Source: a virus
Taxonomy: Duplodnaviria > Caudoviricetes
DNA: 37,110 nucleotides
Reading direction: 5' to 3' (one strand)
IMG/VR virus record: IMGVR_UViG_3300020045_006994
Span: 1-37,110 of that record
The position numbers and the translations under genes are program-made. Below, one piece after another: positions 1 to 6,956 of this stretch; positions within the stretch are counted from its first letter, which is position 1, and each line of letters begins with the position of its first letter. Under the pieces are notes generated by a model. The model saw nothing but the letters and a program-made list of their open reading frames with translations, had not been told where the DNA came from and did not search any database.

Positions 1-121
1 GGAACAGCTTATACAATGGTTTTGGATTCTGTTTTAGTGAATCAAGGCAGCTGTTATAACACAGGTACAGGAATATTTACCGCTCCAGCTGAAGGAAACT
101 ATCAGATCAATTTTATATGTA
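1..121. repeat. Terminal direct repeat (assembly overlap of a circular or circularly permuted genome)
   Basis: 1-121 is identical to 36990-37110, and the reading frame continues across the join. Confidence 0.97.
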
Positions 122-393
122 CAGTTTCAGATATTGGGGCAGCACACAATAATTTTGTAGCTCAAGTAGATGTAAACTCAAGCGCAAATACATATCGGTT
201 ATTTCAGGTTAACCCATTTCCTATTTCAGTTTCTGGAATGGTTTCTCTCGGTTGTTCTTTGATATTGAATCTTTCAGCTTCCAGCACGGTTTCTATTGTT
301 ATTTATGCCTCTGGAAGCACAAAGACCGTTGATGTTTTTGGAGACGGTAGCTCAAATAGATTCAATTCATTTAGTGCTCAAGAGATAAGCTAA
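1..393 (+). CDS. Tail spike, 3' part: C1q/TNF-like globular domain
   Basis: FSAY...VLDSVLVNQGSCYNTGTGIFTAPAEGNYQINF matches the gC1q consensus (F.kvl.N.g..Ydp.tG.FtcpvpG.Y.F). Confidence 0.85.
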   Translation, partial: GTAYTMVLDSVLVNQGSCYNTGTGIFTAPAEGNYQINFICTVSDIGAAHNNFVAQVDVNSSANTYRLFQVNPFPISVSGMVSLGCSLILNLSASSTVSIVIYASGSTKTVDVFGDGSSNRFNSFSAQEIS

Positions 394-624
394 TTATTTA
401 GGGTGATTCTGTTCTAGTATACGTTTACAATCCTTAAACCCTTTTTGAATACCCCTAAAAAAGACAACTTCTTCGAAGTTCATGCAATGAACGTCTGAGG
501 CTTCCATATCGTATTTAAGAACGACTTCAAGCTGATTTATATTATCGTTGATTTCATCAATACACAATTGACAAGATAGTGCGTAGGCTGGTAGAAGTAG
601 GAAAGTGATAAGTAAACGTTTCAT
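394..624 (-). CDS. Small secreted/periplasmic hypothetical protein
   Basis: Start MKRLLITFLLLPAYALSC resembles a signal peptide, followed by CxxC. The longer 753 start overlaps a plus-strand gene. Confidence 0.6.
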   Translation of the reverse strand: MKRLLITFLLLPAYALSCQLCIDEINDNINQLEVVLKYDMEASDVHCMNFEEVVFFRGIQKGFKDCKRILEQNHPK

Positions 625-632
625 GAGGTTAT

Positions 633-770
633 ATGCCGTTGGTTGCAGGTTCATCAAAGAAAAGTATAACGAAAAATATAGCAACAGAGATTCGATCCGG
701 AAAAAAGCCAGATCAGGCTGCAGCCATCGCTTATAGCGTAGCAGGAAAGTCAAAAAAGAAAAAGAAATAG
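633..770 (+). CDS. Small Lys-rich phage protein (MPL.kG.S...I..NI..E...GK...QA.AIA family)
   Basis: SD GAGGT at 625-629; [45 protein letters not shown]; below the ORF-track cutoff. Confidence 0.8.
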   Translation: MPLVAGSSKKSITKNIATEIRSGKKPDQAAAIAYSVAGKSKKKKK

Positions 771-839
771 CTCTATTATCGAAACGTTAAATAAGCGACA
801 ATAACGACGCTTGCTATTTTCACGTTCTTAAATAGCGTC

Positions 840-905
840 ATGTAAAGCGCGCTTTACATTTTGATCAAACTTGTGTCAACTTCATTGTGACACAATGTTG
901 TGTCA
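840..905. repeat. Palindrome cluster at the late/early convergence point
   Basis: Perfect 20-bp ATGTAAAGCGCGCTTTACAT (840-859), TTTGATCAAA, and three TTGTGTCA/TGACACAA copies. Confidence 0.8.
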
Positions 906-1064
906 TTACTCATCGGCATTCATTTCCTCAAACATCAATTTTGCAAAACAAAAAGCCGACTTTGTTTCATCGTCCCATTTAATAATGTCGTAAATATTGT
1001 CGGCTTCTTCTTTTGTAAGGGATGGAAGTATTTCTTTTAGGAATTTATCGATCTTTGCTTTCAT
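906..1064 (-). CDS. Hypothetical protein (52 aa)
   Basis: SD AGGAG; MKAKIDKFLKEILPSLTKEEADNIYDIIKWD... Confidence 0.65.
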   Translation of the reverse strand: MKAKIDKFLKEILPSLTKEEADNIYDIIKWDDETKSAFCFAKLMFEEMNADE

Positions 1065-1097
1065 ACCAATCTCCTACCAATATCTACCAATTTGGTA

Positions 1098-1256
1098 TCA
1101 ACCATCATAACGATCTAAATCCATAGTCTTATCCAATTCGTCGATCGCTTCATTTTGTTCAGGGCAATTAGGACAAGTTACAAAAAATCCATGTAAAGCT
1201 ATCATTTCACATTCACAAATATCACAAGTCATTACTAATTTTTCATGCGAACTCAT
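1098..1256 (-). CDS. Small zinc-ribbon protein (52 aa)
   Basis: SD AAGGAG; CDIC...CPNC pairs. Confidence 0.7.
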   Translation of the reverse strand: MSSHEKLVMTCDICECEMIALHGFFVTCPNCPEQNEAIDELDKTMDLDRYDG

Positions 1257-1357
1257 ATTTACTCCTTTAAATATGTTACGATATCAGAGCTACATTATTG
1301 GTTATTAATGCTCCTAAAATAGCTCAAAAGATAATGGATCGGATTATGTAGATCATT

Positions 1358-1567
1358 TCAGTTATCCTGTTTTTCTGGACAAGCTGGAAGCAGCATCCAA
1401 TGAGTTACACCTTCTAGTTTTCCCGTACCATCATGAAAATAATATACATCTTTATCCCACCCATGTTGGTTTACATACTTAACCCAATCTCCATTGGATG
1501 CTAATAATTCTTTTCCAAACGGTACGTTGATTTCATAATCTTTTGCTTTAACTTTAATCCATTGCAT
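1358..1567 (-). CDS. DUF551-like protein
   Basis: N-terminal QWIKV and C-terminal VTHWMLLP signatures. Confidence 0.8.
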   Translation of the reverse strand: MQWIKVKAKDYEINVPFGKELLASNGDWVKYVNQHGWDKDVYYFHDGTGKLEGVTHWMLLPACPEKQDN

Positions 1568-1569
1568 AA

Positions 1570-1755
1570 TTAATCCTTTGGACTTGGTGGTAAGGGCATC
1601 CAGTGGGTTACGTTTTGAATCTCATATCCGTTATCATCTATCCAACAAATAGGGGTGTAACCACAATGCCTACCAATTTTTATACCGAAAGTGAAGTAAC
1701 ACAAAACTTCTTGCATAGGAGCAGGAATATGGCTAGAGCATTTAATCCATTGCAT
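1570..1755 (-). CDS. DUF551 family protein
   Basis: QWIKCS..P...VL and VTHWMPLPPSP. Confidence 0.88.
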   Translation of the reverse strand: MQWIKCSSHIPAPMQEVLCYFTFGIKIGRHCGYTPICWIDDNGYEIQNVTHWMPLPPSPKD

Positions 1756-1757
1756 TG

Positions 1758-1892
1758 TTATTCCTTTTCAAGTCGCTTTAACAATTTTGCATTTTCTTCT
1801 CGTAAAGCATTTATCCGGCCTCTTCTAAAGAAAATTCTGACGTTCATTATGTAAATATAAATAGTAAAATAAATAATTCTTAATAGATCCAT
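1758..1892 (-). CDS. Small membrane-anchored peptide (44 aa)
   Basis: Fills the gap between two co-directional genes; MDLLRIIYFTIYIYIMNVRIFFRRGRINALREENAKLLKRLEKE. Confidence 0.55.
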   Translation of the reverse strand: MDLLRIIYFTIYIYIMNVRIFFRRGRINALREENAKLLKRLEKE

Positions 1893-1896
1893 TGAT

Positions 1897-2103
1897 TTAT
1901 TCTTCCTCTTTTTTTGGAGGATTCGGAAGCAGCATCCAATGACTTACGGAATTGGTTGAAGGATTGGGAGGGTTATAAAATACAGGTTTCCCTTCTTCAT
2001 CATCGAACCAATATTCCATTATCTGAGTGTGTTGATTCGAACAATAACAAAGTACTGGACAGTCTACTTCAGGAAGTCTTTCTGAGCACCTAATCCAATT
2101 CAT
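1897..2103 (-). CDS. DUF551 family protein
   Basis: MNWIRCSERLPE...VLCY...VSHWMLLPNPP; SD AAAGGA upstream of ATG 2103. Confidence 0.88.
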   Translation of the reverse strand: MNWIRCSERLPEVDCPVLCYCSNQHTQIMEYWFDDEEGKPVFYNPPNPSTNSVSHWMLLPNPPKKEEE

Positions 2104-2146
2104 TGTCATTCCTTTGGTGGTACAGGCAACGGCATCCAAAGATCTT

Positions 2147-2383
2147 TCATATCAAAACCTCATATTCCTGCTTGTTCTTAAGCTCATTGGAAACGTTTCC
2201 TTTGCATATGCAGGATACAAGCAAGTCGATAGTGTGTTTAAGATCTGCAATGTCCTTAGAATTCTTTCCTAACCTGGCGTAATAACTCTTTCTCATGCGT
2301 TCAAGCTTCTCATCTTGAATAGCTATACGCCTATGCAATATCTGTATGTCGTCATCTTTGAATAAGAGCAGTTGTTCAGTCAT
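2147..2383 (-). CDS. Hypothetical coiled-coil protein
   Basis: 78-aa ORF with ATGA overlap to the upstream gene. Confidence 0.7.
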   Translation of the reverse strand: MTEQLLLFKDDDIQILHRRIAIQDEKLERMRKSYYARLGKNSKDIADLKHTIDLLVSCICKGNVSNELKNKQEYEVLI

Positions 2384-2700
2384 GGTTTTTCACTTTCTTC
2401 TTTATGATCTCTTTCGAGTTTATTTTTTCTTGCTTTGGTGATGTTAAAAATAGCTTCCATTTGTTCTTCTGTAAAGCCAGCGACATAGAGAACGTAAGCT
2501 AAAGCTTCACTACAGAAGTAAGAATACATCATTAACAGTTGGTCTTTTTGTTCCAATGAGCATGAGTTATATTTCTCGCTAAATCTCATAGTGAAATCTC
2601 TGACTAATCGTATTGATTCTTCTTGGTTTTTTTCTAAATCAGTCATATGCAATAACATTTCCTTTACATAAAGTCCAAGCGTGCTAAAATGAAAGCACAA
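2380..2700 (-). CDS. Hypothetical protein (start uncertain: TTG 2700, or ATG 2658/2646)
   Basis: Open frame in the operon direction. Confidence 0.6.
   Translation of the reverse strand: MCFHFSTLGLYVKEMLLHMTDLEKNQEESIRLVRDFTMRFSEKYNSCSLEQKDQLLMMYSYFCSEALAYVLYVAGFTEEQMEAIFNITKARKNKLERDHKEESEKP
2663..2690 (+). promoter_or_regulatory. Sigma70-type promoter for the plus-strand sRNA
   Basis: TTTACA-16-TAAAAT with extended -10 (TGc TAAAAT). Confidence 0.5.
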
Positions 2701-2771
2701 AGGACTCCTTTCTTTGTGTCGTTTCGTTCAAGTGTCGTCAGGTTGTACTTAAAATGTACAGCCTGTTTTTT
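2697..2771 (+). ncRNA. Putative ~75-nt antisense sRNA carrying an anti-SD loop
   Basis: Promoter upstream; hairpin CACAAAG/CTTTGTG with GACTCCTTT loop; ends in an intrinsic terminator; no ORF. Confidence 0.55.
2739..2771 (+). terminator. Intrinsic terminator (plus strand, inside a minus-strand region)
   Basis: CAGGTTGTAC-7 nt-GTACAGCCTG followed by T6. Confidence 0.75.
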
Positions 2772-2780
2772 ATTTCGTTT

Positions 2781-2809
2781 ATTATCAATGATTTAGTCTT
2801 TTAGATCAA
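2781..2809 (-). promoter_or_regulatory. Internal leftward promoter
   Basis: Minus strand TTGATC-17-GATAAT. Confidence 0.45.
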
Positions 2810-3666
2810 TCACTACTTTTTCTTATCGTCCACATTTCAGAAGCAGGTTTACGGTGCTTTTCTAAATCATAGTCTTTTAATATCTCTATGCTTTTGTAAT
2901 CTACGTTGCCTTTACGTATAGTTCTAGTGATCTTGTAACCGCTTCCTTTTGATGATTTACCATCACATAGGGTAACTACTCTATCGCGCCACATTTCCTT
3001 TTCTTGCTCGAGCAAAACAAATTGTTCCACGGTCTTTTCGTATTGAATCAAAGCATAAGCAAGATCAGCGCTTTCATTGTTAACGTAGTCTTTATCTGTC
3101 AATTCAGGCGGAGTCATACTAACAATATTGTCGAAATAGAAGTCACCACCTATCTTAATGATATCGTTAATCATATCCTGATTGCGTGACACTTCGATCG
3201 TTTCGTATTGTCCGTCATACCAAGCCATGTAAGTCATTGATGAAATACAAAGAACCGCCATCGTATGTTGCATTTGAGCTATATAATACGGCTCTATAAC
3301 TCCTAATTGCGCTTGCTTGTATGTCTTTTCGCTGCATTTGATTTCGCAGGCATATCTTCCGCACTTAGAAACTCCATCACATGATGCCATCATCCAATCA
3401 AGCTTAGGATGAATAAATACACCTGGTTCAAAATTGATCTTTGAAACCTTGTTAAGTTCAGTTCTAGCCATTGGTTCGTTTAACGTGCCGTATTCCATGC
3501 GAAAGTTAGACTTTTGCGGTTCGATAAGCTCCATTTTTTCGCTCCACAACTGAAACTTCGTCTTAAATGGATTAAGACCTAGCAGTACGCCACTATCAGT
3601 GCTAGTTATTTTCTGTCGACGTAAGGCCAGCCATTCGGCCGACCCTTGTGTAATATTAAGACTCAA
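2806..3666 (-). CDS. YqaJ/lambda-exonuclease family recombination nuclease
   Basis: QGSAEWLALRR..ITSTD, G...EP.AR, MMASCDG, EIKC, YYIAQMQH motifs; TTG start with SD GGAGG. Confidence 0.93.
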   Translation of the reverse strand: MSLNITQGSAEWLALRRQKITSTDSGVLLGLNPFKTKFQLWSEKMELIEPQKSNFRMEYGTLNEPMARTELNKVSKINFEPGVFIHPKLDWMMASCDGVSKCGRYACEIKCSEKTYKQAQLGVIEPYYIAQMQHTMAVLCISSMTYMAWYDGQYETIEVSRNQDMINDIIKIGGDFYFDNIVSMTPPELTDKDYVNNESADLAYALIQYEKTVEQFVLLEQEKEMWRDRVVTLCDGKSSKGSGYKITRTIRKGNVDYKSIEILKDYDLEKHRKPASEMWTIRKSSD

Positions 3667-3910
3667 CTTTAACCTCCGGTAATTTAGGAAAAGGCATCCA
3701 ATGCGTTATGTTTTTACAAAAATAATCCTGAACTTCATCTATAGATAATCTAAGATCTTTATTTATCTGGTTGTGTAAATAGATTTTATCCAAATACCAT
3801 TTTCTTCCGGTGTATATTGCAACACCCAAAAAATCAGAAGAACTTATAAAAACCTCAGATTGAATCTCGTCAGGCAATCTATCTTTAACAGACACCCATT
3901 CATTCATCAT
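3656..3910 (-). CDS. DUF551 family protein inserted between the recombination genes
   Basis: MNEWVSVKDRLP...ITHWMPFPKLP; SD GGAGG. Confidence 0.88.
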   Translation of the reverse strand: MMNEWVSVKDRLPDEIQSEVFISSSDFLGVAIYTGRKWYLDKIYLHNQINKDLRLSIDEVQDYFCKNITHWMPFPKLPEVKVES

Positions 3911-4694
3911 TTTTAACCTCCGGTTTGCCGGTTTCTTTTTGGTCATTAGCTAATTTAACACGTGCGAATATCTTGTCATACCATGTTGAGGGTAGATCTT
4001 GTAACCTAGAGACATTAAGACTCTTTTTAAGAAATTCTTCAACCTTATCACGTAAGTCTAGGTTTTCACCAATCATGTCGTTTAGAGTTTCAAACTGTTC
4101 TTCCGTAATTGATTTGATTTCCAATTGTTTTGGCGCATCTTGTATCTCAACTTCTGCAAATGCTGGACGTGATCTAGCAATTTCCATAAGCTCGTCTTTA
4201 TCATATCCAGCACCTTTAATTACATCAGGAAATAGCTGACGCGCTAGTGTGGACATGGCTCGGTTGTAAAGCATGATTTCAGGATACTTGTCGAACATGT
4301 TTTTAGCTAAACCAGCTCTCTTGGCATCTTCCCAACTAAAAGAAACTGTCCAAGTATCTCCATTGTCTTTACGTTTACCATGAAGAATGCACTTGGTTGC
4401 ATCGGACTTAGCATCTTTAACAATGCTGTGTCCAGCTTGTCTTATTAACGCCGCCATGCTTTCAGTACTCATGCCCACCTTGCCCTGCACATAGTACAAA
4501 CCACCGTTAAGAGCATCTAGAGGGTCCATTTTCAAGCTTTTCGCCTTCTGTGTAATAGCAAATATCCCAGCTTCTCCCATCGCTTGATAATGTTTAGATT
4601 GCATTAGCTTTCTTGCCATCGTGTACATTTTATCGATGTCATTCAAAATCATGTCATATGATACTTCATCTCTTATCACTACTTCATTGCTCAT
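3900..4694 (-). CDS. RecT/Redbeta-like single-strand annealing protein
   Basis: LDALNGGLYYVQGK, FSWEDAKRAGL, KYPEIMLYNRA...ARQLFPDVIKG pattern; adjacent to the YqaJ nuclease. Confidence 0.8.
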   Translation of the reverse strand: MSNEVVIRDEVSYDMILNDIDKMYTMARKLMQSKHYQAMGEAGIFAITQKAKSLKMDPLDALNGGLYYVQGKVGMSTESMAALIRQAGHSIVKDAKSDATKCILHGKRKDNGDTWTVSFSWEDAKRAGLAKNMFDKYPEIMLYNRAMSTLARQLFPDVIKGAGYDKDELMEIARSRPAFAEVEIQDAPKQLEIKSITEEQFETLNDMIGENLDLRDKVEEFLKKSLNVSRLQDLPSTWYDKIFARVKLANDQKETGKPEVKNDE

Positions 4695-4695
4695 T

Positions 4696-5052
4696 TTATA
4701 AATCCTTGTTTGTGTTTTGTATACATGTGTTGAGAAGTTCTGGTAATAAACCTTCAGAAGCCAATCTTAAACACGCTTTACATTCAATTAATGGTTTTTC
4801 ATCATCATCTAGATATTTACACATTATTCTAGAACCATTCCAAAATATGCATAATTCAATTGCTTCAAAAAACACAGAACTTTCAACAAAACCATGTCTA
4901 AGAAACAATTTTTCCAGATTTTTTATATCTCTAGAGATGCCATCTAATTTTTCATTTCTTAAGTTTAATTCTGAAGTTTTACTGCTTAAAACCTGTTGTA
5001 TATCTTTAGAAAAAGTCAAAACAGCGTATTTGTCCTCTTTCCTTTTGCTCAT
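4696..5052 (-). CDS. Hypothetical protein (repeat-flanked cassette)
   Basis: 118-aa ORF, SD AAGGA. Confidence 0.75.
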   Translation of the reverse strand: MSKRKEDKYAVLTFSKDIQQVLSSKTSELNLRNEKLDGISRDIKNLEKLFLRHGFVESSVFFEAIELCIFWNGSRIMCKYLDDDEKPLIECKACLRLASEGLLPELLNTCIQNTNKDL

Positions 5053-5384
5053 TTTAAAAGTCCTTGATTAATTTGATTGTTATAAGTCTGCCAGTCCATT
5101 AAAATGCGAGGTCTGATATGAACAGGCCTTGCGACATTTGGAGCTCCTACTCGGGGCTTTAATCTCATTTCTAGAAGGTGCGCCATTGAGTCCATGTGTT
5201 CTTCTAATAGAGCAGTGTCTAAATGGTCTTCACTATAAAGCATATCTTGTATGTTTTCTAAGAAATCGCGTAAATCGTCCATTACTTGCTCTTTCTCTTT
5301 GCAACTTTCGCATTGGAAGTCTGGTGCTTCATCGTTATAAGGGCTATCCATTGATTCCCATCGCATGTATCTACTTTGTACCAT
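5049..5384 (-). CDS. Hypothetical protein, first gene of the left operon
   Basis: SD AAGGA; CxxC followed by a helical region. Confidence 0.75.
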   Translation of the reverse strand: MVQSRYMRWESMDSPYNDEAPDFQCESCKEKEQVMDDLRDFLENIQDMLYSEDHLDTALLEEHMDSMAHLLEMRLKPRVGAPNVARPVHIRPRILMDWQTYNNQINQGLLK

Positions 5385-5491
5385 GATATTTTTCCTTTCT
5401 TTAAGTTTCCTATTTCCTATTTAAGCTTTCCAGTCTTTAGCTACAGTCCTCGAAGGTGTCTGCGTTAATCGACGTACTTGCTATATGTCCA

Positions 5492-5520
5492 AATTTAACA
5501 AATCCGTCAATTTAAAGCAA
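5492..5520 (-). promoter_or_regulatory. Leftward early promoter (PL-like)
   Basis: Minus strand TTGCTT-17-TAAATT with TGn extension; a TTGACG hexamer is also present. Confidence 0.55.
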
Positions 5521-5532
5521 CACAAATTTGTG
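5521..5532. promoter_or_regulatory. Candidate operator palindrome
   Basis: CACAAATTTGTG, a perfect palindrome between the divergent promoters. Confidence 0.4.
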
Positions 5533-5546
5533 AAATAAGATCGATA

Positions 5547-5575
5547 TTGTAAAATAATGACGATTTTGGTATACT
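5547..5575 (+). promoter_or_regulatory. Rightward early promoter (PR-like)
   Basis: TTGTAA-17-TATACT with TGn extension. Confidence 0.65.
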
Positions 5576-5604
5576 GGTTTTTTATGCATGATAAGGAGGA
5601 TTTT

Positions 5605-5787
5605 ATGCAACTAAAGCAATGGTTGTTTGAGAACAGAAAAACAATAAGTGAATTTGCTATCCTGACAGGATTCAGTAGAACTTCAGTTACTTCTATCTTA
5701 AGCAAGAAGATCAAACCGAGTGAAAGATTCTTATACGAGATTGATAAAGCTACAAATGGTCAGGTTAAAAAGGAAGATTTGATATGA
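5605..5787 (+). CDS. Cro-like XRE helix-turn-helix regulator
   Basis: SD AGGAGG; MQLKQWL...TISEFAILTGFSRTSVTSILSKKIKPS...ATNGQV. Confidence 0.85.
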   Translation: MQLKQWLFENRKTISEFAILTGFSRTSVTSILSKKIKPSERFLYEIDKATNGQVKKEDLI

Positions 5788-6017
5788 TTAGATGGAATCA
5801 TATAAGGGATAAACAACCTGAAAGAGGGAGATCGATCGTTAAGATTACTCAACATGGAAAGGAATTTTATACGATAAACATCAAGAAATACGACAAATCA
5901 GGACGTTTTGACGCATATATCCAACATTGCCAAGAGTTAAATATTCCTAGTTCTTTCTTTTGGTGGGTTTACGCAGAAGATTTCCCTTTTCCGGATAAGG
6001 TGGTTAACGATGAATGA
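5784..6017 (+). CDS. DUF551-like hypothetical protein
   Basis: WNHIRDKQPE N-terminus and WWVY...FPFP C-terminus. Confidence 0.65.
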   Translation: MIRWNHIRDKQPERGRSIVKITQHGKEFYTINIKKYDKSGRFDAYIQHCQELNIPSSFFWWVYAEDFPFPDKVVNDE

Positions 6018-6345
6018 ATGGATTGATTGTGAAGAAGAGAAAAGACCTGAATCCGTATTCGATGTATGTTTAGTAACAGATGGAAAATTATCATGTCTTG
6101 CTTATTATATAGAAAATCCCATGCAATATTATGAAACACATGAAAATAATGATAAAGTACTAGTTGAATGGGATGATAACGAAGAGTGTTACATTCCTAT
6201 GGGAGAAGATGCTTATGAATCTCATTGGGAGTTTATAACGGATATAGGACCTTTTATCAGAGGAGATCAAGAATGTTTTGGAGCGATTGGAGAAATAACC
6301 CACTGGATGCCATTACCAAAACCTCCGGAGATGAAAGATGAATGA
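6010..6345 (+). CDS. DUF551 family protein
   Basis: MNEWIDCEEEKRPE...CLVTDG...ITHWMPLPKPP. Confidence 0.88.
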   Translation: MNEWIDCEEEKRPESVFDVCLVTDGKLSCLAYYIENPMQYYETHENNDKVLVEWDDNEECYIPMGEDAYESHWEFITDIGPFIRGDQECFGAIGEITHWMPLPKPPEMKDE

Positions 6346-6580
6346 ACATATTCAAATACAAGCGGGTCAAGGAATAACAATTAATAATCCAAAACCAATA
6401 AATAAATTCTCTTTTCGTGTTGAAAATAAATGGTTAATTGAAATATCAGAAGGCAAAGGAATAGTCTTTAACAAAGAAGAATTCCCTAACCTAACGTCTG
6501 ATGATTTCGCAAAAGAATTTTGTGACATATTGGAAAGACAAGTAATTGTTAAATTTGATAGAAGGGTTAACGATGAGTAA
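6338..6580 (+). CDS. Hypothetical protein
   Basis: 80-aa ORF overlapping both neighbours. Confidence 0.7.
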   Translation: MNEHIQIQAGQGITINNPKPINKFSFRVENKWLIEISEGKGIVFNKEEFPNLTSDDFAKEFCDILERQVIVKFDRRVNDE

Positions 6581-6779
6581 ATGGATACTTACAACAGATA
6601 ATGATGTCATTAATTTAGATTATTTTTGGCATGTATTTATAACAGATTGCCCCACAGGGTACTATATACTCGGGGAGAATAAAAATGGTGAAGAAGTATG
6701 TCTATCAAAGGTGTTTGAGAATGAACATGATTGCCGATCATATCTTTTTGAATTGTTTGATAAAGATTTGGGAGTTTGA
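6573..6779 (+). CDS. Hypothetical protein
   Basis: MSKWILT start overlapping the previous stop. Confidence 0.7.
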   Translation: MSKWILTTDNDVINLDYFWHVFITDCPTGYYILGENKNGEEVCLSKVFENEHDCRSYLFELFDKDLGV

Positions 6780-6781
6780 AT

Positions 6782-6943
6782 ATGCCTGACGACATAACAA
6801 TAAAAGTATTCGACAACCAAGAGACCTACATAACGTTCCATTTAGGTTATCGAACTTTCGGTAGGACTTTCACGGTTGAAGAACTTAAGTATTTTAACAA
6901 AATGATTGATGCAGTGTTGGATAACTTTAAGGAGATAGAATGA
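6782..6943 (+). CDS. Hypothetical protein (53 aa)
   Basis: SD GGGAG; MPDDITIKVFDNQETYITFHLG...; below the track cutoff. Confidence 0.6.
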   Translation: MPDDITIKVFDNQETYITFHLGYRTFGRTFTVEELKYFNKMIDAVLDNFKEIE

Positions 6944-6956
6944 AAAGGTATAAGGT

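Noticed and set aside
625-753. N-terminal extension of ORF 394-753
   Set aside because: Overlaps the better-supported plus-strand gene 633-770; the signal peptide begins at 624
3925-5386. Plus-strand ORFs 3925-4239, 4613-5071 and 5129-5386
   Set aside because: Antisense to well-supported genes, with no motifs
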